DNA of 64,000 nucleotides from Podarcis erhardii (Eukaryota), in NCBI GenBank assembly GCA_964252035.1, contig OZ176211.1, one strand, 5' to 3'. This document shows, one piece after another, positions 1 through 13,865 of the stretch. The position numbers were made by a program, and so were the translations under genes. The notes beneath the pieces are model-generated. The model ran no database searches and had not been told where the DNA came from. It was given only the letters and a program-made list of their open reading frames with translations. The first letter of the stretch is position 1, and every line of letters starts with the position of its first letter.

Positions 1-1115
1 TTTCCCCCTTTTTCTTTCCATCCCTTAGCAGAGCAAAGCTTGTGCAAAAGAGCCAAGGAAGGGGGCGGGTGTCAGTCATTACTTGTTTTCCCACCTGGGC
101 AAGAGTGAGTGAGAAGTGGGTGAAGAAGGCATCACAGGGAGTATGATAGCTCTTCCATCCTCAGCTCTTCTTGTCTGGAGGTCAGGGGCACCAAGTGGAA
201 GGTGAAGCAGCAGCCCCAAGCAAGAGATGAGAAGCTAACCCTGTCTCTGCTGTTCCAGCAGCAACCAAACCACTCTGTCCCTTTATACCATTGCAAATGG
301 TTCTTCCTTCCTCTGAAGCAGTTCAATGAGCCACAAGAGGGATGCCAGCACCATTAGCTACGGAAAACCCCCTCACTTGCTACTCTGCACTCTGTCACCC
401 TACCAGATAGCCATCACCAGGAAACAGTGTAATAGTGGATGTATTAGAGGAGATAGAGATGGGTAGCTTTATTTAGAGGAAAGGCAAAGAGAGCATAATC
501 TCAATTGGGCAATCTTGTTTTGATATATGAATGCCCCCCTCCCCCCAAAAAAACAGGTACATGAGCATAGTATCTGACAGAATTAACAGTAGCTGCAGAA
601 TGAAATCTAAATATTTATGCCTATGCTCTCTCATTTTTTTGTATTTATTTGTTCTGTTGCTGTAAAAAAACTTTTTAAAAATCATAGTTTTCCTTAGAAA
701 TATCCTTTTTAAAAAATGTACTTTTCTGTTTTCATATTTATTACATTCGCTTGTGTAATATTATTTACATACCATAGGCGTACTCTCAGGTAAATTCATA
801 CAGCCTTAATTAATATTTCTTAAAACTGAGTTGGCATCTTAAAAAATACTTTAAAAACAACTAATATAAATCACCAATCCAGACAGAATCAGCAAGCAGC
901 ACTTTCTTAAGCTTAGTTAAGAGACCAGAGCAAGTTTTCATAGAGTATATATTTTGTTGCTGCAGCCAAACAATTTGCTTCCAATTTCTTAACGATTGTT
1001 AAAGGATTGCCAGCATGATCTGCAGAAAGGCTAAAAGCATCTGTTGCTGTGCTACACTTTAGTAAAACATTGCAAATTATCATCAGTTATTTTTAAACAA
1101 ATAGACTGCAGTGGT

Positions 1116-1194
1116 GCTATCCTATACACATTTACTCTGGAGCTGAACTCCATGATACTCCATTAATTGTGAGTAGACATGTATAGGATTGTAC
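1116..1194. repeat. About 80-bp imperfect palindromic dispersed repeat (representative copy)
   Basis: Arms atcctatacacatttactc (1119-1137) / gagtagacatgtataggat (1171-1189). Related copies near 10674, 17678, 43430, 49190, 49310, 50955 and 57110. Confidence 0.65.
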
Positions 1195-3004
1195 TGTTAT
1201 ACAGTTTGAAATCATTATTTTATTTAAAACTGAGGGAAAGCTTTACTCCCCCTTCTTTGTCCAAAAAACACATTACCAACTACCATTTGGACATTAAAAA
1301 GTCATAGTAACTAACTAAAAATAAAGGTATTCATTCTGCAAGCTCAGAGGAGTAAGATGTGATATATCTTTACTACATGCAGAAGAATTATGCCAACTGT
1401 GGAAACATTTATTGATAGAATTCAGTATCTAAACCAAATCCTGAACTGGATGCACTTTGATATAACCAGAAGAACTAGCTATGAAAGTAGGTAGTGCAGT
1501 GGGCAATGATAATTCTATAAAAGATCTATATTCAAAATAATATTTGGCAGATTGGCTTTCTTTCTGCTGAGAAAATAGTACCTAAAGTACTACTAAAAAT
1601 GGCACAAATGTCTAGCTGAATGCTGAGGTACAAAGTATATAACGGACTGTAAACCTGCTTTCCTGATAAGGACAATAAAAACAATAAACAAATCAACATC
1701 AAGGGAATAATGCAGGTTATAATATAAACACAATAACCCAAGATTACAACTACCCAATCTTAAAAACTGAACATTACGTAATAATATGTTTTAAACATGG
1801 ATGAATGAATTTTCACATTTATTTACAAATTCAGCAATAACGTTTGTACAGGAAAACAACTCGGCATGGTCTATATGAATCATTTAGTTTATTTAAAAGT
1901 GAAGTAAATACTCCCAATGCTGTATGCATTCAGCTGGCATGATATATTCCCATAGTTTATTCATCTCAAATTTAGAGGTGGGGAAGTGCCTTAGATTGGC
2001 TTCCTGCAAAATTACAGATCAAAAGTAAATACTTTCAAAAAAGCTCAAAGTAAACTAGAGGACAGGCACAAGAGGTAGACACATTGAGCTGCTTTATGTG
2101 TAATGCCAAATCACATCTTGGCAGTACATGAATGAGCTCTGTACTCAGGTACTCTGCATCTTTGTTTGATTAAACCATAGTTTGCCATTACATCCAAACT
2201 GGCAAACGAGGACTGCAATCCTAATTGAAGTGGAATACACAATGGAGGATGGACCAAGAGGGGAAGTGGATGGGCACAGGGCTTCTTCCCATAGCTCCAA
2301 AGCATGGGAAGAACTCATATGGGTATAATTTCCAGCTGTTGGTGTTACATGTGAACCAAACCATATATGGAAGACAGAAGGCAATCCGTTAATATTAACA
2401 GATTTGTTTTGCTCCATCAACATATAAATGATAAACTAGGAATTAGATATCAATATCAGCTTCAGTGCTCAAGAATTCAAATTCCATCAGCATTAATTTA
2501 AGAAACACTAGTGGGAGAAATCTATTCATCAGCTCAAAACAATTTATGATTGTCCATATTATGCTTGATGCATAAACCGCTATCTCAACAGATCCTACCA
2601 ATTTCAGCAATTCATATAGAAACTGTATTTGAAGACGCTGAGCTCTTTCAGAACTAAAGAGAAAAGGATATTAGAGACTTCTACTGACACTTTAGAATTA
2701 AAGAAGGCCAGTTTTTAAGCTGGAAAAGAATTAGTGCAGGTAAACACAATCTGTATGTGAGAGTGACAAACATTTGCAATCGCAATAATATACAACAAAA
2801 AGTATAATTATGTTAACACTTTCCATATACTCTGTTACACAAACCTTAAGTATCAGAAGATAAATTCCATCCCCAAAGTAACTAGAGAATCACATTTCCA
2901 CAATTCTAATTGAAAGGAGATTTCAGTCTCCAGTATTATTCTTAAATATATATAGAACAGTAACTCTAAATATGGCAGTTGTAGATGTTCAGGGCTGAGA
3001 TATA

Positions 3005-3110
3005 GTGACTATTCCAAGGTCACCATATAAGCTTCATAGTTGAATGTGGGTTTACACTTGGGTCTCCTCCGTGCCAGCTCTGCGGCACTCTAAGCACTAC
3101 AGCACCCTGT
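3005..3110 (-). mobile_element. tRNA-derived SINE head (MIR/Squam3-like), degenerate
   Basis: gactattccaaggtcacc...gcttcatagttgaatgtgggtttacacttgggtctcc...actctaagcactacagcac resembles the reverse complement of a CORE-SINE 5' end. Confidence 0.45.
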
Positions 3111-3297
3111 CATGCAAACCTAGCTACACTTGATTTAAAAAAGTGTAGACAGACACACAGTAATCACTTCCCATATCTTGAAGCTACTCCATGGTAAAAA
3201 ACGTTATGTGCTAATTATCCAGCATACAGTTATACAAGTTCATAGGAGAAATTAAAATAGGATTTTCTTTCTCTCAAATACAGAGAATTGTTGCAGG

Positions 3298-3420
3298 CAG
3301 TGCTATTTTTCTAGAAAAAGAGGTGCCAGAACTCACCGTGAATGCCTCACTCATTCTCTTATAATGGCAGTAGTGCCCACCTGAGAGATGCTGGTGAGTT
3401 CCAGTTGAAAAAAAGCCCTG
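3298..3420. mobile_element. 123-bp hAT-type MITE
   Basis: TIRs cagtgctatttt / aaaaagccctg; perfect 8-bp TSD gttgcagg at 3290-3297 and 3421-3428 (8 bp is the hAT signature). Confidence 0.85.
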
Positions 3421-4231
3421 GTTGCAGGTTTGGTTCAGACATTATTCTGATTGCGTATCAAACCATGTTTCATTGATTAGAACACATCCTAGTTTTGTGT
3501 GCTCCTCATTACCGCTTCTCCCTCCCATGCATATTTTCCCTCCCTTTGTGGCAATTTAACCAGAAAAAATTCAAGGCTAGAGAAGCAATCAAAGGAGACC
3601 TATAATTTATGAGTTTCTCTAGCTTTCTCTACCCAACATCTTATATCAGGATGTTGTAACTGGTATATAGTTACTACTGACCACCACTGGTTCTCAAACT
3701 AAACTATGGAAACTGGGCGTATATCCCGGTTTAATTTAGCATCGTTTTATTGCTTGAGAGCAAACTTTTGTTAGCAGTAGCTGTGGTTATGCTGGTTCAG
3801 ATACCCCAATGAATCACAGTCATTGCTAAACAGCGAAAGGCAGTGAAAGAAGTAAATGAGTCCAAAGGGGAACAGGGAGTGGGGCGTGCAAGCCTGCAGA
3901 GCATTCCCAACCACCGAAGCACAATTTGGTAAATACAGTAACAGGATATCTGAATGCCACAGTCTAGGCAAATGTTGCAAACTGTGATTTGAGGAGCCAA
4001 AACACTTAACTGTGTTGCTACATCCAATGTAACAACCAAGTTACATAACAGCCAATAGTAGTAGAAATAATAAATAATGGTTTTCTAGACATATATTCCA
4101 GAGGACTGGCTATGTTACTTGGTTTTAGCAAAAGCAATTTCTGCCAGTACACTTTTTTGTAGTACTGTATACTTTCTGTAACTAGACTTCATCTTGTGCA
4201 GATTATATTGCAGTGATGTAACCTCAAAGTT

Positions 4232-4604
4232 AAGGGACGCGGGTGGCGCTGTGTTCTAAACCACTGAGACTTGGGCTTGCTTATCAAAAGGTCGGCAGTT
4301 CAAATCCCCGCAATGGGGTGAGCTCCTGTTGCTCAGTCCCAGCTCCTGCCAACCTAGCAGTTCGAAAGCATGCCAAAAAGTGCAAGTATATTAATAGGTA
4401 CTGCTCCGGCGGGAAGGTAAACGGCATTTCCGTGCGCTGCTCCGGTTTCACCAGAAGCGGCTTAGTCATGCTGGCCACATGACCTGGAAAAACTGTCTGC
4501 AAAAGCAGACAAACGCCGGCTCCCTCGGCCTGTAAAGCGAGATGAGCGCCGTAACTCGAGAGTCGTTCGCGACTGGACTTAACTGTCAGGGGTCCCTTTA
4601 CCTT
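4232..4604 (+). mobile_element. Sauria SINE, full length
   Basis: tRNA-like head (gggacgcgggtggcgctg...ggtcggcagttcaaatccc), Sauria body and (ACCTTT)n-type tail; 13-bp TSD taacctcaaagtt at 4219-4231 and 4605-4617. Confidence 0.93.
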
Positions 4605-6929
4605 TAACCTCAAAGTTGTGGAAACAACTGAAGCCACTGCAGGATTTCAATAGGAAGGTGAAAAGTAATATGTCAGGATTCACCTAACACACTCTGTCAG
4701 TGAAAGTCCTTCTCTGACACACATGCACACAAAATTGGCTCTGGGGAGGTCAGGAGAACACCCAGAACAGTGTGGGGACTGTTTGTAATAGCATGACACT
4801 GAATTCCACCCATAGCCTTCTGATCAGGCTGTTGCAGCAGAAATGTGCTTCCTACAATCTCTTCCTATGGAAGGGCAATTTAATCAGAATCATCTCAAGG
4901 CTTGTGAATTATGGGTCTCCCTAGCTTTTCCTACCCAAGTGCATTACGATTCTGCTCCAAAGATAAAATATAAAAACTACAGCTAGTTGTAGTGCTAGCA
5001 AAATGGCAGAGCACGGCACTCAAGTGTCACTATCCCCAGATACTTCCCTTGGACTATGTGGAAGACAGGAATGTTGGCAAGTAGTTGTGTGAAAAGGGGG
5101 CTCTGGCAGCGCCTCCTCCTCCTGTAATTCTTTCCCTAGGCTACTGCTCTACATACCATGCCTGCATAGACATATCAGCTGAAGCAGACTGAAAACAAAC
5201 AAAACCAAGTAAGAAAACCCAAGCCACACATTCCAAAAATTCAGACATACCGGTACATAATATCTCAATTTTTATTACAAATTAATATTGGAATGGCTCC
5301 TGGTTCTATCTTCATAATTCCCAACATAAATTTGAATAACTGAATAATTTGGGGTGGAGGAGATAAGACTCACTCTTACTCTAAACATGTAGTGTCTTAG
5401 GGTAAAGCATACATTAGATGTGCATTAAGTCATATGGAAAGTCCAGCACATAGTCGAAGGAAAAGTCACCAAGTTAACCTAAATACAGACAAGGGAGTGC
5501 GAACCAAGAACATAACTGTCCCACCGAGCCATTTCCAACTGAGATCAGCAGAGGAAAAGTCTGTAGACTGTGGCATAGGAAGAGACTTCTTTTCCAGTAG
5601 TGATGCCATAACCACTGCAGAGCTTTCATCTCCAACTTCAGTATGATGTGACTCCCAGCTGTGCTTTAAATGTCTGCTTGCCCTTACCTGTTCTCAGTAG
5701 AAGAACACTCAGGGGCAGCCCTGTCTTATAGTCAAAGGACAGGCTGTTGTTCTACAGTTCAATCAGTTTGTCACAAAGGTTACAATGAAGCTCACCCTGT
5801 GCTATCTTCCCAGTGTCCAGCAATCCTGCACACTGCCTATATCTCATAGGACAGAACATCCAGGTTTTCCACCAACCTGAAAGGGTCACATGAACTCTCA
5901 AAAGGCCATCAGACTACAACTATTAAGTCTAGTTTATTTCCTACCAACTACTAGGCTCATTACAGAATAACCATACTTAACTGGCTCAGAGAAGCATGTT
6001 ATGGGGTTTTGTCAAGCTTTTGAAAAACAGCAGTAGCAGTAAGCTGCTGTCTTGTTTCCATTTATAGTGTACAGCATATTTGAATTTGAGTAGAGGAAGT
6101 ATGCCTCCTACCACAATGCAGCTCCCTCCTATGCACGCAGCTGGCAGGCATAGTAAACCTTGTATGTGGTGGCATAAGGGTGGGAAACATAAAGTACAAG
6201 TAACCACACAAATACAATCTATTCTGTGTGGCTCAGTTTTCCTTTCCAATGCTATGTAAGATCCCTTTCAAAGCACAGAACCCACAGAACTATGCAAGCC
6301 TAATTACACGGAGCCACAGTATTTTGAGAGCTATCTTAGAATAAGAAATGACAACAGAAAACATATTGGCCTAGCAAACATTTCAGCAGTTTCAGGCCTG
6401 GTAAATCTAATTTAAGACCAATAGAAAAGGAAACTATGGCAATGAGTTGCCACATGCTGATTTGGGCTTCTTTTGGCAGCTTATGGACTTTGTGGTTCTG
6501 TGGGGAGATACCTTTTCTAACGATTCCAGGAGTCATACATTATTTTAGGCATTTGGAAGCATAAGGGGAAATTCCAAGCACACATTTTGGTTGCCTGGGA
6601 AAGATTATATTTAGTAACTTCTGTGGTCTTCAGATTGCTATAAAACAAAGTATTTTTTAAACACAATGCTAGAGAAGGCATTTTTAAGCTCTCTCTTTTG
6701 TATACCATCATTTAGTTTGGCTACGACTTCTCCCTTTGCAGTATGACTAGCTGACAAACACAAATTCATTAAAAAAAAAGTAAATTCACTTTACATCATT
6801 CCTTTATTTTTGATAATTGGAATTTTGGAGTTAGTAGATTTTTGTTTCTTTCAATAAAAAATTCAAACTATATTATAGTGTTAATTATCGGTATCATGAC
6901 ATTTTAAATTTATCTTTAAAATTACAATA

Positions 6930-7400
6930 AGATGCCCAGATGACAAGACCCCCCTGTTGGCCTTGCTGGTGTGTTCCAAAGGAAAGCAGAACAGTATGTT
7001 TGGCACCAGCTTGGCTGCAGGAGTTGCTGGAAGGAGGCAAGGCAGTGGAGGTTTAGGATCAGAGTTTTCCTTCTCCTTGATGGGTTACCTTCCCAGGTTA
7101 ATGAGCCCCATCTGCATCTCACTTCCCTCTATAGCACATGCATAAACCACCTTCTTGACCACTGGACCAACTACTCGTTTCATCCACTTACTCAACCAGA
7201 TCCCGTCATCGCATGCAGGGGAAGTCCTTGATCCACTGAGGGTTGAGACCAATCAGCAACCCTCACCTGATTTAGCGAGCCAGTCAATTCCATTTCCCGG
7301 GGTATGGCCACTGTCACATGCTGGCAGCTTCTAGGAGCCACAGGTGAGAGCTGAGTGCACGGTGAGGACCAAAGGTAGCCAAACTACTCCAGAAGGAGCA
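6930..7400 (-). mobile_element. RTE-clade LINE 5'-UTR-like fragment
   Basis: Resembles the squamate RTE/BovB-type 5' region as recalled (ctaggagccacaggtgagagctgagtgc; ggatcagagttttccttctcc); no ORF or TSD seen. Confidence 0.45.
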
Positions 7401-10400
7401 CAACATGTCCCCCACCAGAGGTACCATGCCTCCTGTCACACCTGAAATGTGCTCTAAGGGTTTGGAAAGTGTAGCTGATGCAGAATGGTGTGGCAAGATT
7501 GCTTCCAGGTACATTTTACAAAGATCATGTCATTCCCTTTTTGTTTGATCTCATTGGCTCCCAATTTGTTTCCAGGAACAATTCACGGAAATAGTTATTA
7601 TATGGGGCTTGGGCACCAAGTCCACCGTTCTGAATGACAAATTTAATAAAGTAAAATATCAATACTGCAATAAATAAATATGATGATTTGAAAAGGCAAA
7701 CTTCTAGCAAATGCCAATAACAAAAACATATAGCAAAACCATATATAGAGCATGACACCTAAATTAGATATTCAGAAGTTTATTATGATCAACAGGTCAA
7801 AAAGACAAAATACAAAACTGCAGCCTCAACTGTTTAACACCTGACAGTCTAAGAACACGAAATATGACACCATTCAGATATTTTGCCACCTGCTCTGTAA
7901 CAAGATCAACTAGGAAGCCATCATATAAAAGGATATATAATACATTCTCTAAGCTCCTGATAAAAACTACAGTAAAAGAACACATGAGAGTGTTTTGGTC
8001 TTTGTGTGGTTACATGGACAGCCTCTATCTTTAAATGAAAGCTCTCTAGCAATTCTGCCATCTAAACTCTTTGAAGAATTAATATTAAAATGGTCCAATA
8101 AAATACTCTTCTGTACTGAGGCATTGGTATTGACATACCATTATTAGAAGCAGATGAAGCCAGGACCAATGACGTACAGTAGATGTTCCCCTAGCTAATA
8201 GATGTAGCTCTTGCCCGTCTATATATTTATTCTCTATTCAACTACTAATTCCAGTGAGAGCAGAAAACAGGAGAAAAACCATCAGCAGTTTTTTTCACTT
8301 AACTCGCTTTTCCAGAAAGACACAAAGCAGCACCTGACAGACCAGAGAGTTGGAAGAGGTAAAGGAGCAAATTTGAAGCCAATAATGAATTGAGTATGTC
8401 CATGCCAAGCTACTTAATGAGCTAAAACTGACTTCCAAATTAAAAGCAGCACCAGCAACACATTTAGGTATAGTTCTAAGAAAGGAAGACTGAATTCCTT
8501 CCAAAGAAAAGTTGAGTCCTGGAAACAAGATTGAGGCTCCAAACAAAATCTGGGTCACAACTTTTTGCAGCCTACATACATATGGTTGCTGGAACAAATT
8601 TACTTCCTTTTGTGTAGAAAAATCCAATTAATGTTATTATTGTATGCTTTGCTTTGACCTTTGCTAATTTGTCCTGCACTTCCTAACTGGTAGATTCATG
8701 AAACAATATCCCAAGATACTTATCCATACCCATGGCTGAAGTTCACTTGGCCTTCCCTTTTGGAAAGACCATTAACTTTTGACTTCTTATAGTTAATATT
8801 TGTTTCAATAACAATCTGCAATAATCTGCAAGTCATCTAAGTCCCAAGTGAGTTTGCAAGGTTAAAACAGCATCATCTACATATAATAAAATGTAAACAG
8901 CTGAATTATACACATTGGACCATAAATTTCACCTAAAACTCTTAAGAACAAGCATCCATTTAAAAAACAACCCCAAAAACAACAGCTATGAGATGAGAGC
9001 AAATCAGCTATGATACTACCATTAATTATAATAAAGAATAAACGGTAACCCAAATGTAAATAGCCATCCCTATAAAGCCAGCTTGTTCATCAATCAATGA
9101 AAGAAATTGACACAACAAATCTATATGAGCAGTTTCACAGACAAAAGGGAGACCAAGAGGGAGACCCCCGCCCAGAAAAACCCAGCATCAAAATGTCACT
9201 TCAGCATACAAAGACATACCCCAAACATAATATCAACTGGTGGTTAGGTTCTTTCTCCTTCTAAAGGCACCAATTTTCTAGCCAGTGGAATGTAACAGGG
9301 AGATCTTAAGTCCTACTGTAAATCCTGAAAGGACTTTCTGGCACATCTAACACAAGGTATTCGCTACTGGGCAATGAATTCTTCATTCTATCTGCAGCAT
9401 CAACATTTTATTCAGTGCAATACAAAGAGATGCATTTCACAGCAACAAAGTTTTAAATAAGGAAAAAAGTGTTATATATTGTTTTGGTTGGTTGCTCTTT
9501 CAGTCAGTTTTATTTTGTTCACATACTGCATGTTGTCTTCATACAGTGCAGATCGGCTTGGCAGCTCTTCCAAAGAGCTGGAAATGCTTGTTGAACAAGT
9601 GTAGCAAGGAGATCCCCACCCACGTTTTCATTATGACTTGAAGAAGGATACACACTAAAATGAACAGTTCATTAATGTCTGCTCCTCCACTGCAACACAG
9701 CATAGGCTTTTAACTGTAAAACGTGTCTCTCATGTTTGCAATTATGGAAGAATCATGACATTTTCAAAACTTAAATTCATCTATCAAGGGATTTTGAAAT
9801 TTTGTAAACCGAAATTAAATAAAACAGATTTCTTTGCAATTGCTACTGTTAAGAACAAATTGTTTACTTTAAAAACTGAGCTCTCAGGCTATAATCATTT
9901 AAAATGGTTTAGAAACTACCCAACAGACAAGCAGGCTCCAGCAATGTTCTATACAAGGGGACCTGCAAGAACATTTGGCAGTGTGCAGTGCTTCTGTTAA
10001 GGGCTCCAACCAGCCAGATATGCCCTTTTCCAGGATATTCTATATCAAATTCCTCTCCATCCCCCATTTTGCATTACTCCTCCTCCTCCTCAAAAAGGCA
10101 CTCTTCTGTGACCACTGAGCATATTTAACTGGCAATTGGCTCCTTTTGGATTCCCCCATATGCATGGATAATGCCACAAGGAACTACACTCCAGGAATGA
10201 ACTCCCTATTAGGTTCTATTATTCTAATGCTGCTAGCTTTAGTAACATAATATTAAAATATCCATACATCAATTTAAAATACAACTGAGTATCACGAATA
10301 CCCCCTCCCTGCAAAAGTGGAAAAAACTGATTAGTAGTCAATAACTTGGTGTGACAAACGCACAAGTATATTCAAACTGCTCAGAAAGGTGGGGGGAATG

Positions 10401-12616
10401 TAACTAGAATCCCAAGATAAAAGCTTCTTCATATTATGTATGGCCTAGAGACATGGTGAGGGAGGCAAAATCAAGAGCCTTGGTCAATAATCCTGAGAAA
10501 GCCTCTAATTTTTGGCCTTCTACCCACTTATAAGATAGAAATGTCAACACACAGCTACTATGCCTCTTTCTGCATCATTAGGATAATTAGGGTTATCTAT
10601 GGATGGGAGCCAAAGAGCCCTTGTGCGTATCTAAGGTACTTGCACACATGTGCAGAGAAGCTGTTGATTTTAAGGGCAATCCTAACCATAAGAAATAAAT
10701 TATATTGAATTCAATGGATATTACTCCCATTGGGATTAGGATTGTAGCCTAAATATTTGAAAACAGAGTTTCCACTGTGCAAATTTCTCCCATCCAACCA
10801 GTGTGTCTAGTTCTCAGGCTGGCCTACACACAGGTCCTTTGTATTTCTTGCTCTGAGTCTGAAGGAAACAGTTTTTGGTTGTTGAATGGGAAGGGGAAGG
10901 ATTGTATTATTTTGTTTTAGTGTGTTGACTCATTGTTTGTAGTTTTTATTCTGAGCAGAGGTCTCAAAAGTTGGAAGTGGCCCAGGCCTCTCTAGAGCTC
11001 TGAGAGGAACTGTCCAGAAGTACTAATGAAAGATGAGTCTATTCTGCCAGTCATTTTCCCTCCTCTGACTCAGAGAACTCCAACTCAGAAGTCTTAACAG
11101 AACCACAGACTCTCCCAATCTGTCAAGGCAGGCTGGATGAGGCACCTTGTCTCACTTAAGGTGAAACTAGTAACTCAGATAGAGCTGCAGCTTCTATTAA
11201 GTCTGAACATCTGCCATGCTCAGGCAACATTTAATCTCTACTGTTATGGAGTCTCTAGCCTGAGTTTTGCACTGAGTTATCCAGGGTGCCAATGAATCTT
11301 GAAACGCTTGCATTGCCGTAACCCAGAGACTTTACCCTGCCTTGACTTCTTACTCTGGCGGCCTAAACCAGATTTTTTGCCTTGATTCAGAACCCCTGTA
11401 CTCTCAAAACTATTGCCTGGAACAAAACTGGCACCCTCACTTTCACTATGTCAATCTGCAGAAACATACTACTTGTTAGTTGCAGATTGGATTAAAGTGA
11501 ATCTAATTTAAAAGTATGTTAGCCACATTCTTTTCCACTATAGGATCGCTCTACCTACAACAAATCTATGGGCAGCTAATCACACTTCATCCACTACAGA
11601 AGTCATATTTATGACTGATACAACTTGAAACTACTCAGATTGACTGGAATTTTATAGATTTATTTATTTGCTAATTACATTTTATGAAATACAATTTCAG
11701 GATTGTGCCCCATCCCACATCACCGGCAAAAAGCTGAGCCGAGTTCAATGAATACCTTTCTGAATCCTAGCAAATATGGCCAAGTTGGAAAAGCAGAGAC
11801 GTTTCCCGAACAAATAGTTCACAAAACAAGGTAACACTGAACATAGGCTTGGAATATCCAGACAGAGTCTACTCTCCTCTTATGGAGGTTTGAGTTATAT
11901 CTGCTGCTTTAGTTCTATGCAATGGAAAACAAATAACTTAAAGCAATTATAAATTTGGTATTGTGAGCCAAAAATTTACAAGTATTCACTTACCAACACT
12001 GAATCAACCTTCTTCCCTAAACTATCTAAAATCAAAGTATAAGAAGAACAAGTCAACAGGGATGCAATTAGTCTTTAGTGATTTATTTTTTTACAATTTA
12101 CTGAGATTACAAATTTCCATATGAATGATAATAGCATCGTGTATGTAATTACAATGCAGAAAAGATTGCAAGTACCACCAAAAGATCAGCCAACAACTTC
12201 TAGCTAGCTTTCTTCAACAGAAGTGAAATGGGTACATGAAAGATTGCAATAATAAGATATGCAGAAACTGATATTTTTAAGAACTAGTATGCTACTCGTA
12301 TAGTCAAATGAAAACCAGCTTCACTATTATATGCCAAAATCTACAATAAAATCAATTGCATGCAAGAAACCCTACTCTAATCCCCTTTCCCCGCAACTTG
12401 AAACAAGGACACTGGTAGAATGAAATGTAAGGAACAAAAAGGAGAGTTCCTCCACTAGGTCTTGTTATCGCTGAATCAACATGCACACAGTATTAATATA
12501 GCTGTTTCCCACACTGAAGAAACCAAACATCCTCATACATTTAATGATTACTGATTAAACATTTCGAAGGTGCTAACACAATAAAAGCAGATGTGTTATG
12601 TAACAGATCCACTTAC

Positions 12617-12712
12617 TTTTTTCTCTTTCTCATGGTGCTTATCCTGAGAGTGAGAGGAAGAATCACTTAAACTTTGATCATATGACCTATTAGATGCCCG
12701 TTTGCTCTTTTT
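12617..12712 (-). CDS. MLLT10: MLLT10 exon 8 (96 nt)
   Basis: ctctttttag|AAA AAG AGC...AAA AAA|gtaagt; KKSKRASNRSYDQSLSDSSSHSQDKHHEKEKK; phase 0 to 0. Confidence 0.96.
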
Positions 12713-13865
12713 CTAAAAAGAGAAAATATATATACATATATATATATATTCATGAAATGAATATACGTAAAAGCCATCTACACCATGTCTGACAAGCACC
12801 TTATCAATCAAAACACAAATTCATAACTCCAGAGCTAACCAAAACACTCATAATCTAAACAAAGCTGTTCTGAGGAGTATGAAAAGACAAGAATAAAAAG
12901 CCTGCTATCTTCACTGCCACTATTTGTAAAGGTACCTTTAATAAAGTCAGTATCATAAGATTAAAAGCATTATTTTGCTGAATTTGCATATATTAAGACA
13001 TGCTTATGTGAGGCATGAATAAACAGCACCTTAAATAAACAGCACCTATTAGTAGTTCCTAGCCTAAAGAATTAGCAACTTCTATTCATTTGCTCATTGA
13101 AGCTGACAGTTAAACAGCTAAAGAGCAGCTGCTTCAGAATCAACCTATTTCAGAACCAACAGTATTTCTAGGTAATCATACCTTTAAAAAAGTGGCAATA
13201 TTTAAAGAGTCAATCCAAGTATTAAAACATTTCCCAAGAAGCAGAATTTATATTAGACTGGTATTTTTTTATTATCTATGCAGTAGTTATTTGCATAGTG
13301 CTTAAAAATAACAAATAAATGCTTCAACAACTGTAGCCTCAATAATCCTCAATATAATTCTGGCAAATTACTTACTTGGTACTTTTATAGTGCTGAAGAA
13401 AGTAATGCACAATTCAATTTTTTCTATGCATTGAAAACCAGAAAATGCAAGTTTGAGTACACTGGAGAATTCTGCAACCATTCAATTAATGCTCTCTTTC
13501 TTACTTGGGTAACACATTTTTCCGTGGACTTTCTGCCGTGCATGAATTTTATTGTTTCAAGGTATCATGTCACTGACTGGAGAAAAGTGGGGATTTATAA
13601 AATACTGCAGAACAACAGATGTTTAAATATATGAACTGGGAATTCATGGGGAAAGCTGTGTCTTTCATTATTAGAAGCCCAACCACTTAAAAAGCCCCAT
13701 CCTGTACTTTTTCAGGCATCATTCCATAACAAGGAAAGCCACAGAAATTTGAAAAATTGTAATGATTCTACGGCGACTACTGATCTATACAGAGGTTATG
13801 AGAGCTACAAGTGCAAAGATGTCTGAGGCAGATAGTGCTGCTAAGAGATGAAGTTTTACACCTAA

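Noticed and set aside
473-685. Minus-strand ORF with NKYKKMREHRHKY resembling MLLT10 exon 9 (KYKEKDKHKQKHKK)
   Set aside because: Only compositional similarity; the downstream PEPSPALVPSLTVTTEK-like sequence is absent. Exon 9 was not found in 1-12600 and probably lies left of the window.
4243-4637. ORFs of 79 and 117 aa here, and 92 aa at 44220-44498
   Set aside because: They are translations of Sauria SINE sequence.
10800-11460. LTR-like segments here and at about 41030-41460
   Set aside because: Composition is suggestive, but no TG...CA ends, TSD, PBS or partner LTR could be identified.
13376-13423. 48-nt pseudo-exon in intron 7 (tag|...|gtaagt) with an in-frame stop
   Set aside because: Weak exonic donor bases, no clear branch point or CpG constraint; compatible with chance.
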